The translations under genes and the position numbers were made by a program. Source: Candidatus Sumerlaeales bacterium (GTDB lineage: Bacteria; Sumerlaeota; Sumerlaeia; Sumerlaeales; Sumerlaeaceae). Taken from it: a stretch of 64,000 bases of DNA. The notes under the pieces were generated by a model. That model searched no databases and was not told the DNA's origin. It saw only the letters and a list, made by a program, of their open reading frames with translations. Shown piece after piece: positions 1-7,869 of the stretch (position 1 is its first letter; every line of letters starts with the position of its first letter). The stretch covers positions 64,001-128,000 of the forward strand of contig JBBSQY010000001.1 in the NCBI GenBank assembly GCA_038243585.1. The letters run 5' to 3'.

Positions 1-685
1 GCCACGGCAGAAGTTCTGCAAATGGCGTCCGCGTAGCTACCACCGCCAGCAACCACGCCCCTGGCACAGCTCCCAGGTAAATATCAGAAAGCCAGGTAGT
101 CCCCGCAATACAACGGGCAAGCGATGCTGCAAATCCCAAAACGACAGCGGCAACACCCCACTTGCGAGCCTTCATGAAAATAAGCGTGAAGCCCCACACC
201 AACATAAACCAGGCTTCGTCCGATGGGAAGGTATGTCTTTCCTTAGGGGTAAAATCCGTCCAGCCATATATCTTACGCAGATTCTCGAAAGACTTTACCG
301 TAAAGGCGGGGCTCTGCCGATTCACAATAAGGTCAACTTGCTTTTCAATGACCATTGCTATGGCAAGCACCACGACCATAAAAAGGATAAATGCAAAACG
401 ACGATAGCGATCTAACTGGTCGTTCGCCCGGTAAAGATAAATCACCAGTCCGATAAGTACAGGTATTATAAACTGGAGTCGCCGGTCTTCAACAGCAAAC
501 AGTCGAATCAAACGATCAAAAACCGGGGAGTTTGCCACCAGCGGATTAAGTTGATTAAACCCAAGATAATCCAGGATAAGAATTTGTTCCACAACAGCCG
601 GGACACAGCAAAGGGCGATTAGGGCGATGCAAAACATTAGCGGCACCGTGGCATTTTTCCACGCAAGTTCTTTAGAAAAAATCAT
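1..685 (-). CDS. PAP2/LpxT-like membrane protein with degenerate catalytic motifs; partial, 3' end runs off the window
   Basis: Not in the ORF track; translated by hand from ATG at 685: MIFSKELAWKNATVPLMFCIALIALCCVP...EKQVDLIVNRQSP...HTFPSDEA...ARCIAGTTWLSDIYLG. Open to position 2, with several TM helices and motif spacing like PAP2 C1/C2/C3. Confidence 0.75.
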   Translation of the reverse strand, partial: MIFSKELAWKNATVPLMFCIALIALCCVPAVVEQILILDYLGFNQLNPLVANSPVFDRLIRLFAVEDRRLQFIIPVLIGLVIYLYRANDQLDRYRRFAFILFMVVVLAIAMVIEKQVDLIVNRQSPAFTVKSFENLRKIYGWTDFTPKERHTFPSDEAWFMLVWGFTLIFMKARKWGVAAVVLGFAASLARCIAGTTWLSDIYLGAVPGAWLLAVVATRTPFAELLPW

Positions 686-995
686 TCTCGCCAAACCCAA
701 CAATATCATTCGTTGCACTAATCTCTTTTGGGGACCTTACCACTGCCCCCCATACCAAACGGAATTATTCGGGTTTTACTTTAAGCCTGAAGATAAAAAT
801 AGCAGCCATACCTGTCTGTCCTGATTTTTCTTTTTCCGAAGTTAAAGAAACTCCAGCTCCTTAACGTTCCATCCAATAGCCATTATTGCAAAGCACCGTG
901 ATTGCCATTTCAAACCGGCGGACCACGCACGCTCCTATTTACAGGTTGGTCGGGTAATTCTTGCATATGGGGCAGGGGTCTATTCTAATCGGTCC

Positions 996-2096
996 ATGAT
1001 GATCGATAGAGCATGGTTTCGCTTGGGTTTTGCATGCTGCGTGGCGGTGAGTTCTGGTTTTTCCGGGGCTTGGGCGGCGGGGTTTGTTTTGGATGGACAA
1101 CTTGTCGTGGCTGATGCGGCGACGTCGCGGGTGGTGGAGCTTTCGGGTTCTGGCGCGCGATCGGTGGGGGGCGAGGCTGAGCGGGTTTCGAAGTATTGGG
1201 GCGCGTTGGGCGATGGCCGTTTGCTGGTTACGCTGGAACATTCTCATGAGGCGGTTGCCGGGACTGCGAATGCCGTGATGGATGCCGTGGATGAGGCTGT
1301 ACCGGGTCATACGTGCTCGACATCATCGCCTGGGGAGGCGGCTGTTCTGGTGAACGCGGACGGGTCTCGAGGGGCGGCGGTTTGTCCGGATGTTTTACGG
1401 GCTTATCCGGCACCGGTGGGTAACCGGATTGCGATTATATCTCCTGAACGGGATTTGCAGCTTTGGGATGATGGCGAACTGACGACGGTGACGGCTCCGG
1501 GGCGGGTGAGTAATGCGGGGTGGTCTCCGGATGGGCAGCGGCTGGTGGTTTCTGTTTATCCGCCGGACTGGTCGGAGGGAGCGGTGAGCAGCGCCCTGAC
1601 TACGGCAGAATTTTTGCGGCTCCAGAATGCGGATTTGTATTTGTATGATGTGGCGCGGGGTGAGTTTGTCTCTCACCTTACGGATAATCCGGGTACGGAG
1701 TATGGTGCTTTCTTTTCTGAGGATGGACGGTCGCTTTTTTATATCTGGCTGCATCTTACAGAGGACATTGGCGGGCTGATGCGGATGGAACTGGACCTGG
1801 ATGATCGGACTTCGGCTTCGACGCCGGCGTTGCAACTGACGCAGGCAGGTGAAGATATTGGCGAGACGCCGCTGGGGCGGGTGGGCACTTATGTGTGGAC
1901 TCGGGACAATAACCAGCTTGTGTTTGAGGCGGGGCGTCCGGATGGGTCGGGGGTTATCTGGGCAATGGCGGCTAATGGCCAGGCCGCTGTAGCTGTGGCC
2001 GCGGGACGAACGCCGCAGCGACTCTCGGACCGGGAGGTCATCTTCCAGGATGGCCTTGGGGCTATTCAGGTCGCCACGCCGGAGGTGCAGCCATGA
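996..2096 (+). CDS. Secreted TolB-like (PD40/WD40-like) beta-propeller protein
   Basis: Signal peptide ending AWA; PD40-like motifs WSPDGQRLV and FSEDGRSLFY; LYLYD...LTDNPG; ATGA overlap with the next gene. Confidence 0.75.
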   Translation: MMIDRAWFRLGFACCVAVSSGFSGAWAAGFVLDGQLVVADAATSRVVELSGSGARSVGGEAERVSKYWGALGDGRLLVTLEHSHEAVAGTANAVMDAVDEAVPGHTCSTSSPGEAAVLVNADGSRGAAVCPDVLRAYPAPVGNRIAIISPERDLQLWDDGELTTVTAPGRVSNAGWSPDGQRLVVSVYPPDWSEGAVSSALTTAEFLRLQNADLYLYDVARGEFVSHLTDNPGTEYGAFFSEDGRSLFYIWLHLTEDIGGLMRMELDLDDRTSASTPALQLTQAGEDIGETPLGRVGTYVWTRDNNQLVFEAGRPDGSGVIWAMAANGQAAVAVAAGRTPQRLSDREVIFQDGLGAIQVATPEVQP

Positions 2097-4153
2097 AGCA
2101 TTTTAACTTAAAACCGGCCACGCTGGCTCCCGCATTTGCGGCGGCGCTTTGGGCTTTTTGTGCCGCTGGTCATGCGGCTCCGGCGGAGACGGCTCCCGCA
2201 TTTGGATGGCCTTTTGGCAGTTCAAACCGTTATGTGACGGCTGCCTTTGATCTTGATCGCGCCACCGGATCGCAAGCAGACTGGACCGGATGGTTTTCTG
2301 GCGAGGCAACGGCGGGCTCTGGTCATGCGTATGATAACCATGCCGGCCATGATTACGGGATGCCGACCGGAAGTGACTTGTATGCCGTGGCCAACGGCAG
2401 GGTCAACGCTATCCGGGAATCGGTTCCCAATGATGATCACAGCGATACGGGCAACTATCTTATTGTTGATCATAAGGCCGCCACTGGCACAGCCGTGGGA
2501 GGAAAAGATTATCGCAGCCGCTATTGGCACCTGGCGCAAAACGGGGTGATTCCGAGTGCCGTTGGCACGGCTGTGACTAAGGGGGCGCAGGTTGCAGATT
2601 CTGACAATACAGGCAATTCCACTGGCCCTCACCTGCACTATGGGATCTCGCTGTTGCCGAGCGACCAGCTGACCTGTGCGTTTTATCATGGATGGTGGGA
2701 AAATGATGAGTTTTTCACCCACACTACGCGGCCTTGCATCGTGTACCTGAACACAGGATCGGATTTTTTGAACTGTCGGGAAGGGGCGTCTGCGGGCTAT
2801 AATATTATCACGTCTTTTCCGCCGAACACTCAGGTTGTGGCCACCCAGCAAAATAACTGGTGGCGGGTGATGCTGCCGCTGCCGCCGGCATCGGTGGGCG
2901 AGTCCAGAACCGTGGGCGGTGGGTTGGCCAGCGGTTACAGTGAGGCAGGCGTCTGGTCGAATTTGGCTGAGAAATCTGGAGCGGTGAGCGCAACCGATGA
3001 CGATCCGAACCGGGTCATTCTCGAAGGGGCGGGAAGCCGGGCTTCGACGTTTGCCACCACAGGGGACGCGGCCGACTTCGCTACGTTTAATTTTACGATG
3101 CCGTACCAGGCGGGTTTGTATGATGTTTATGCGACCTGGCCGAAGCAGGCTAATGCCGCCAATGTAACCTATCGAGTGGCTCACGCGGGCGGAACGACAG
3201 ACGTTCCGGTTAATCAAAATGGTAATTTGCTGCCGGCGGGCATCGGAACGAAAGCGAATCCGTACCTGATCGCAAGAAATCCATTCGTGGTGAATCACAC
3301 CACGGTGGGCGCTCCTGATGAATGGAATCTTTATACGCCGGAGGGAAGCAATCTGCCCCAGCAAGGGCCGGAAAATCTTTACAAATTCACGCTGACAAAA
3401 CCCGGTACCGTAACTGTGACGGTGGATCATGCAGGATATCCGACGAAGGATATTGATCTGCACCTGCTGAGTTCGGCGAACCCGGCAACGTGTTTCCTGA
3501 GGGCGAACTGGACCATGACTACGACCCTGGCGACGGGGACTTATTATCTGGCGTGCGATTCCTATGGCACTGGCGCGGCTGGTGAATTGGCCGCAAGCCC
3601 CTATAAACTGACGGTTTCGTTTTCTGAAGATCAGCCTTTTCCTGATAGCTGGGTTAAGCTGGGACAGTTTAACTATACTGCCGGCGCCGCGGGCAGTGTG
3701 CAGGTGCGAGAGGCGGGGGTAACGGGTCGGATAGATGGGTCGGTTCCCGGGCAGGTCGTTGCGGATGCCATTAAGCTGGTGCCCCGGATTACTCGGCGCA
3801 CCGGCTGGATCAGCAATGGAATCGCAACGCGGATCAACACCGCCACTACTCCGGTGTCCAGCGTGTTGATCAAAACCGACGCCACCAGCCTGGGTGATTC
3901 CAACGATATCAGTGAGTTCGTGGAAGTGCCTATTTATACGCAGGCGGGCATCGGACAGGACAATCCGTCGCCGCTTGCAGGGAAGGCAGTGACGGGCCAG
4001 CGTTTCGTCTGCACGGGGCGCGCCGGGGACTGGTACCGGGTCAGTCTGACTAACGGCACAGCAGCCGCCAGCGGTTGGATACTGGGTGACCATCTTATTG
4101 GCTGGAACATGAACCAAGTGTCCGAAGTCCAGGAGTGGAGCCTCTACGATTAA
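2093..4153 (+). CDS. Secreted M23 metallopeptidase with SH3b, golvesin-like and PPC-like accessory domains
   Basis: Signal peptide; M23 Zn motifs HAGHD (HxxxD) and STGPHLHY (HxH); SH3b motifs LNCREG...WWRV and DWYRV...GWI; golvesin-like YDVYATWP...VPVNQ...WVKLGQF...VVADAIKL. Confidence 0.85.
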   Translation: MKHFNLKPATLAPAFAAALWAFCAAGHAAPAETAPAFGWPFGSSNRYVTAAFDLDRATGSQADWTGWFSGEATAGSGHAYDNHAGHDYGMPTGSDLYAVANGRVNAIRESVPNDDHSDTGNYLIVDHKAATGTAVGGKDYRSRYWHLAQNGVIPSAVGTAVTKGAQVADSDNTGNSTGPHLHYGISLLPSDQLTCAFYHGWWENDEFFTHTTRPCIVYLNTGSDFLNCREGASAGYNIITSFPPNTQVVATQQNNWWRVMLPLPPASVGESRTVGGGLASGYSEAGVWSNLAEKSGAVSATDDDPNRVILEGAGSRASTFATTGDAADFATFNFTMPYQAGLYDVYATWPKQANAANVTYRVAHAGGTTDVPVNQNGNLLPAGIGTKANPYLIARNPFVVNHTTVGAPDEWNLYTPEGSNLPQQGPENLYKFTLTKPGTVTVTVDHAGYPTKDIDLHLLSSANPATCFLRANWTMTTTLATGTYYLACDSYGTGAAGELAASPYKLTVSFSEDQPFPDSWVKLGQFNYTAGAAGSVQVREAGVTGRIDGSVPGQVVADAIKLVPRITRRTGWISNGIATRINTATTPVSSVLIKTDATSLGDSNDISEFVEVPIYTQAGIGQDNPSPLAGKAVTGQRFVCTGRAGDWYRVSLTNGTAAASGWILGDHLIGWNMNQVSEVQEWSLYD

Positions 4154-4460
4154 TTAAAGGCGGGCGAATCAAGATCGCGGCGGCGCTGACGGATAGGAAA
4201 TCGGTCGGGCCGCCGCGGTAGCCTGCAAAGGATTTTGCGAATGGCTTTCCGTCGTAATTACGTATAAAAATGACGTCGTAGGTTTTTACGGCGGATTCCC
4301 TTGTTGGTAAAGGCCGAGCGGCGGTTTTACCAAAAGCGGAGGTTTTTGTGCCGCTCAACGTTGTGGGCCGGGGGGTTGCGAGATGTTTTGCGCACGTTTT
4401 TGCATTTTTCTTTTTTTCGTGGTTTTTGCTGTCAAATCTCATGGTACTGGTGTGTCTCAT
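4095..4460 (-). CDS. Possible small basic hypothetical protein
   Basis: 121-aa ORF with AAAGGAG about 10 nt upstream of the ATG. It overlaps the M23 3' end and has no recognisable motif. Confidence 0.25.
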   Translation of the reverse strand: MRHTSTMRFDSKNHEKKKNAKTCAKHLATPRPTTLSGTKTSAFGKTAARPLPTRESAVKTYDVIFIRNYDGKPFAKSFAGYRGGPTDFLSVSAAAILIRPPLINRRGSTPGLRTLGSCSSQ

Positions 4461-4564
4461 CGTCGTCTGTCTCCTTTGGAATTGGTTGTATTTAAGGGAG
4501 ACATTAGTCGGCGAAACGGGGCTGGGTATTCCCGCACGGGGTCTTAAGTGCGATTTTTGAAGAT

Positions 4565-4614
4565 TTTGACACGACGGCCGAAAGGCACTAAGGAAAGCAA
4601 AAGATTGAACAGCA
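4565..4614. repeat. Left arm of a degenerate inverted repeat (pairs with 5976-6027)
   Basis: TTTGACACGACGGCCGAAAGGCACTAAGGAAAGCAAAAGATTGAACAGCA aligns by hand to the reverse complement of 5976-6027 at 39 of 52 columns. Confidence 0.6.
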
Positions 4615-4693
4615 GATGGCTGGCAGAGAACGGTGTGCGGCTGAATTAACGCATAGGCTATTCAATAATGACACCCCAAGAGGTACCATATTT

Positions 4694-4915
4694 ATGAGCC
4701 TGGAACGCATAACTGTCGACCCGCATCAGTGTGGTGGTCGTCCATGTATTAGAGGTCTACGTATTCGCGTAAAAGACATACTGGAACTTTTGGCCGCAGG
4801 CAATACGCCTAAGGAAATTTTAGAAACATACCCATACCTGGAAGTTGACGACATCCCTGCGGTTCTTGAATATGCTGCCCGACAGGTAGACCATCCGATT
4901 TTAAGATCAGCCTGA
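4694..4915 (+). CDS. DUF433-family antitoxin (VapB45-like)
   Basis: RITVDPHQCGGRPCIRGLRIRVKDILELLAAG...EILETYPYLE is a typical DUF433 signature. Start moved to the ATG at 4694. Confidence 0.9.
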   Translation: MSLERITVDPHQCGGRPCIRGLRIRVKDILELLAAGNTPKEILETYPYLEVDDIPAVLEYAARQVDHPILRSA

Positions 4916-4919
4916 AACC

Positions 4920-5249
4920 GTGGATTTTTTAATCGACGCCCAACTGCCTCCCGCACTAGCGGATTGGCTGGCGGCGGAGGGGCATCACGCCGCGCACGTT
5001 GTTGATCTTGGGCTGATTGCGTCGTCGGATTCGGAAATCTGGAATTACGCTGCCCGCAACAACCAAGTGATAGTGACAAAAGACGAAGACTTCGCCATAC
5101 GCGCCATCCACAATTCCGCTGGCCCGCCGATCGTTTGGGTGAGAATAGGCAACTGCGGCAACAATGCGCTGCGTAAATGGTTGATTCCGCTTTTTCCTCT
5201 GGCTGTCAATGCGTTAGAGTCAGGGGAGAAGCTTGTTGAGCTAGCTTGA
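4920..5249 (+). CDS. DUF5615 PIN-like toxin (VapC45-like)
   Basis: FLIDAQLP...DSEIWNYA...VIVTKDEDF carries the acidic PIN residues; directly downstream of the DUF433 gene. Confidence 0.9.
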   Translation: MDFLIDAQLPPALADWLAAEGHHAAHVVDLGLIASSDSEIWNYAARNNQVIVTKDEDFAIRAIHNSAGPPIVWVRIGNCGNNALRKWLIPLFPLAVNALESGEKLVELA

Positions 5250-5277
5250 CAAATAACAAAGATCGCCGATTAGCAAT

Positions 5278-5409
5278 TTAATGACATGTTTGCCGATTAA
5301 CCTGATTGCCATGGCGAGTTATTGTGACACGCTCCCCTTTCTCCACCGGGGCAATAAGACTGGCCAGCCTGGTTTTTGCGTCATAAACACCTACAATTGT
5401 TTCAGACAT
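5278..5409 (-). pseudogene. Truncated Phd/YefM-family antitoxin (43 aa)
   Basis: Hand translation MSETIVGVYDAKTRLASLIAPVEKGERVTITRHGNQVNRQTCH*. It matches the Phd N-terminal pattern (eAKtxLsxLi...GexVxItRhG) and then diverges and stops. No toxin follows. Confidence 0.75.
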
Positions 5410-5589
5410 TTCAACACGCCCCTCAAATTGAAATTGTGCCGAGTTATCGGACAGCCGTTTAGTCTTTACGGAATTAGGCTATTCAATTTCCGCCTCCGTA
5501 AGAGGTTCCAACACGGAATTTGGATCAAGCCATTTTTAGGGAATTCTCTATATATATCAACGAGGATCATTATGATCAGGGTAAGCATG

Positions 5590-5735
5590 TGGGGCTGACC
5601 GCGAGGCTAAAGCGGGGGGCAAGCCACGCTAAAGCGCGCTTTGGTTTTCTCTTTCAGTTATACCCCCCACATAAATGCGGGGGCAAAGACTGGGCGGCTA
5701 AAGCCGCCAAACTGGCTTCTCTAGCGCGGCTAGCA
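5590..5735. repeat. Cluster of REP-like short palindromes
   Basis: Three GCTAAAGC-centred units (e.g. GGCGGCTAAAGCCGCC) and CCCCCACATAAATGCGGGGG. Confidence 0.55.
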
Positions 5736-5975
5736 GAATTTCGCAACCGATCTAAAACCTGGTCAGTTCTTTTTGACTGCCCAGTATGGTTCGCGGAGAG
5801 TACGCCGGGGAATAGGAGCGAAGACGCTGCCCCCGGTCGGTTCAAGCACGGAATCCATATAGGCCTCGTCTTCCATCTGTCATAATCACAGAATTGCGAT
5901 GCTATTCTGCTTCAGGATTAACCGCATATTCTCCGCTCTCTGCGCCCCTCCCCGCCTCTGGGCCTCTGCGTTAAA

Positions 5976-6027
5976 TGCTTTTCGTTCTTTTACTTTTCCT
6001 TCGCGCCCTCCGCGCCTTTGCGTCAAA
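5976..6027. repeat. Right arm of the degenerate inverted repeat, next to CTCTGCG/CGCGCC short tandem units
   Basis: Reverse complement TTTGACGCAAAGGCGCGGAGGGCGCGAAGGAAAAGTAAAAGAACGAAAAGCA matches 4565-4614. Pyrimidine-rich repeats extend to about 5930. Confidence 0.6.
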
Positions 6028-6059
6028 TTACTCAGCCCCACATTTACCCCCAGGCGCTT

Positions 6060-7673
6060 TTACTTCGTCTTCAACTCCAGTTCCATTACCACGTCCAGCT
6101 TTCGCAGGCGGGCGGTCAGTTCTTTGGCTGGTAATTCCTGCACGTCTGTGCTGGCTTTGCTTGCCATGGCTGCGGCTACTCCGGCGGCCTCGCCTATTAT
6201 CATGTATTGCGGCTCCATGCGCAAGGTGCTGTAGGCTACGTGGCTGGCTGACATACATACCGGCACGAGGAGATTCCGGGCTTCCTGCTTTTTGGGCAGC
6301 ATCACGCGGTAAGGAATCTGGTACGGCGCTTTTACTTTGACCTGCATGTCGCCTTCGTTTTCTGCATGGCCCTGCGCGTTTTCGAACCGTTGCACGTTGT
6401 GGCTGTCGCTCATGTAGCTGCCCATCCCTATCACGTCTGGCTTGGTGATGCTTGTCTGGATATCATTCTGCGACATCACAAAATCACCCACCATGCGGCG
6501 GCCTTCGCGGACGTAGAGCTGGCGGGGCCAGTTGTCTGTATCTTTAAACTCATTTGCCGCCAGGCCCCAGGTGTTCATCTCGTCGCGCAGGGATTTCGGC
6601 ATCCGCTCATCGTGAGCCAGGAAGTAGAAGAAGCCGGCGGTGTAGTCGTAATGATCCTGCCAGATGGCTTTGCGCCCGGCATAGGTGCCATCGGGATAAC
6701 CCCAGCTTCCGCCAATGTGATCGGTGGAAAACGCGCCGTAGTTGTTGATATCAATTTTGCCGTTCTGGATTTTATCCATGCGCATCAGGTCAATGCACTT
6801 TGGCGGTTTTCCGTCTTTCGCGGTCTTGGCTTCCACCAGGCGCGCCAGCAGATCGAAGCGTTTCGCATCGTAATTATCAGGCTTGGGCCAGGATGTTATG
6901 TTGTCCTCACGCTGGGTCGCTATCACCCGGAAATTGTAAGCCTGCACCTTGTGATCCTGTGCGCCGGTCTCGCCCTTGGGGTTGTCCTGTATGCCGGGCA
7001 TCAGTTTGCCGTTTTGATCGCGGGCTTTCACATCCACAAGAAACTGGTGGATTGGGGTCCGCTCGCGGACGCCGGCCAGCGATTCGCCGTAGGCGGCCAT
7101 GCTCTCGCGGCCGATGGTGTATTTTACGCCCGCCTGGGCCATGAGATCGCCTTCGTAGCTGCAATCTATAAATACATCGCCCTTGTACGCCTTGCCGTTT
7201 TCCATGCGCACGCTCTCGATGATGCCGTTGGCGCTGGTGGTTACGCCGTCGTGCTCGGCCAGGCGACTGTCGAATATCAGTGTCGCGCTCGTCTCTTTCA
7301 GCATTGCATTCATCATGGCTTCCACGGTGTGAGGTTCGGGGAAACGCTCCATTATACGCTTGCCATCATACTGCACGCCCAGCCGGCGATACATCTCGCG
7401 GGCAAACCCGCCTATAGCGTACTTGTTTCCGAAATCGGATTTGCTCAGGCCGCCCGTGGCCATGCCGCCGATGTGTCTAGAGGGCTCGAGTAAAACCACC
7501 GAGCTGCCTTCCCGACTCGCCGCATAAGCCGCAGCCACGCCCCCGGCAGTGCCGCCGTAAATGACGACGTCGAAGGATTGCGTCGTGGAGGTGGTCTCTG
7601 CCGCAAACACCGCCAGCCCTGAACTCAAAACCACTGACGCACAAACAATCGCAAACAGCCTGGAACCAAACAT
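6060..7673 (-). CDS. Secreted FAD-dependent oxidoreductase (FAD_oxidored family)
   Basis: DVVIYGGTAGG dinucleotide-binding motif; IDCSYEGDL; YVREGRRM; SASHVAYSTLRMEP; signal peptide. Start uncertain (7673, 7688 or 7718). Confidence 0.85.
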   Translation of the reverse strand: MFGSRLFAIVCASVVLSSGLAVFAAETTSTTQSFDVVIYGGTAGGVAAAYAASREGSSVVLLEPSRHIGGMATGGLSKSDFGNKYAIGGFAREMYRRLGVQYDGKRIMERFPEPHTVEAMMNAMLKETSATLIFDSRLAEHDGVTTSANGIIESVRMENGKAYKGDVFIDCSYEGDLMAQAGVKYTIGRESMAAYGESLAGVRERTPIHQFLVDVKARDQNGKLMPGIQDNPKGETGAQDHKVQAYNFRVIATQREDNITSWPKPDNYDAKRFDLLARLVEAKTAKDGKPPKCIDLMRMDKIQNGKIDINNYGAFSTDHIGGSWGYPDGTYAGRKAIWQDHYDYTAGFFYFLAHDERMPKSLRDEMNTWGLAANEFKDTDNWPRQLYVREGRRMVGDFVMSQNDIQTSITKPDVIGMGSYMSDSHNVQRFENAQGHAENEGDMQVKVKAPYQIPYRVMLPKKQEARNLLVPVCMSASHVAYSTLRMEPQYMIIGEAAGVAAAMASKASTDVQELPAKELTARLRKLDVVMELELKTK

Positions 7674-7869
7674 AATTTTCTCACCCATGAACGTATTATG
7701 CACCTTGATTGCCGCCAAAATGCTTATGTGTAAACCCTAAAGGGGCATGGAACGAAACGGGGGGCGGCGTATTCGTATTAGCCGCACCCGGACGAATGCG
7801 TTTGACTCTGTTGGAACAATTTGTTTTCCTTCTATTTCCCATAGCTTGATCATGTCAGGAGGCAGTTTC

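Noticed and set aside
2222..4117. 631-aa minus-strand ORF, plus similar long antisense ORFs (6366-7493, 17199-18071, 34615-35496, 36544-37368, 39158-39922, 58805-59671)
   Set aside because: These are shadows of motif-supported genes on the opposite strand, expected at this GC content, and have no motifs of their own.
996..4560. Visibly G/T-rich plus strand as a sign of foreign origin or a replication landmark
   Set aside because: Impression only; I cannot quantify skew here and there are no mobility genes or DnaA-box clusters to support it.
5281..5885. Plus-strand ORFs 5281-5598 and 5520-5885
   Set aside because: No motifs; they run across the Phd remnant and palindromic repeats and are probably spurious.
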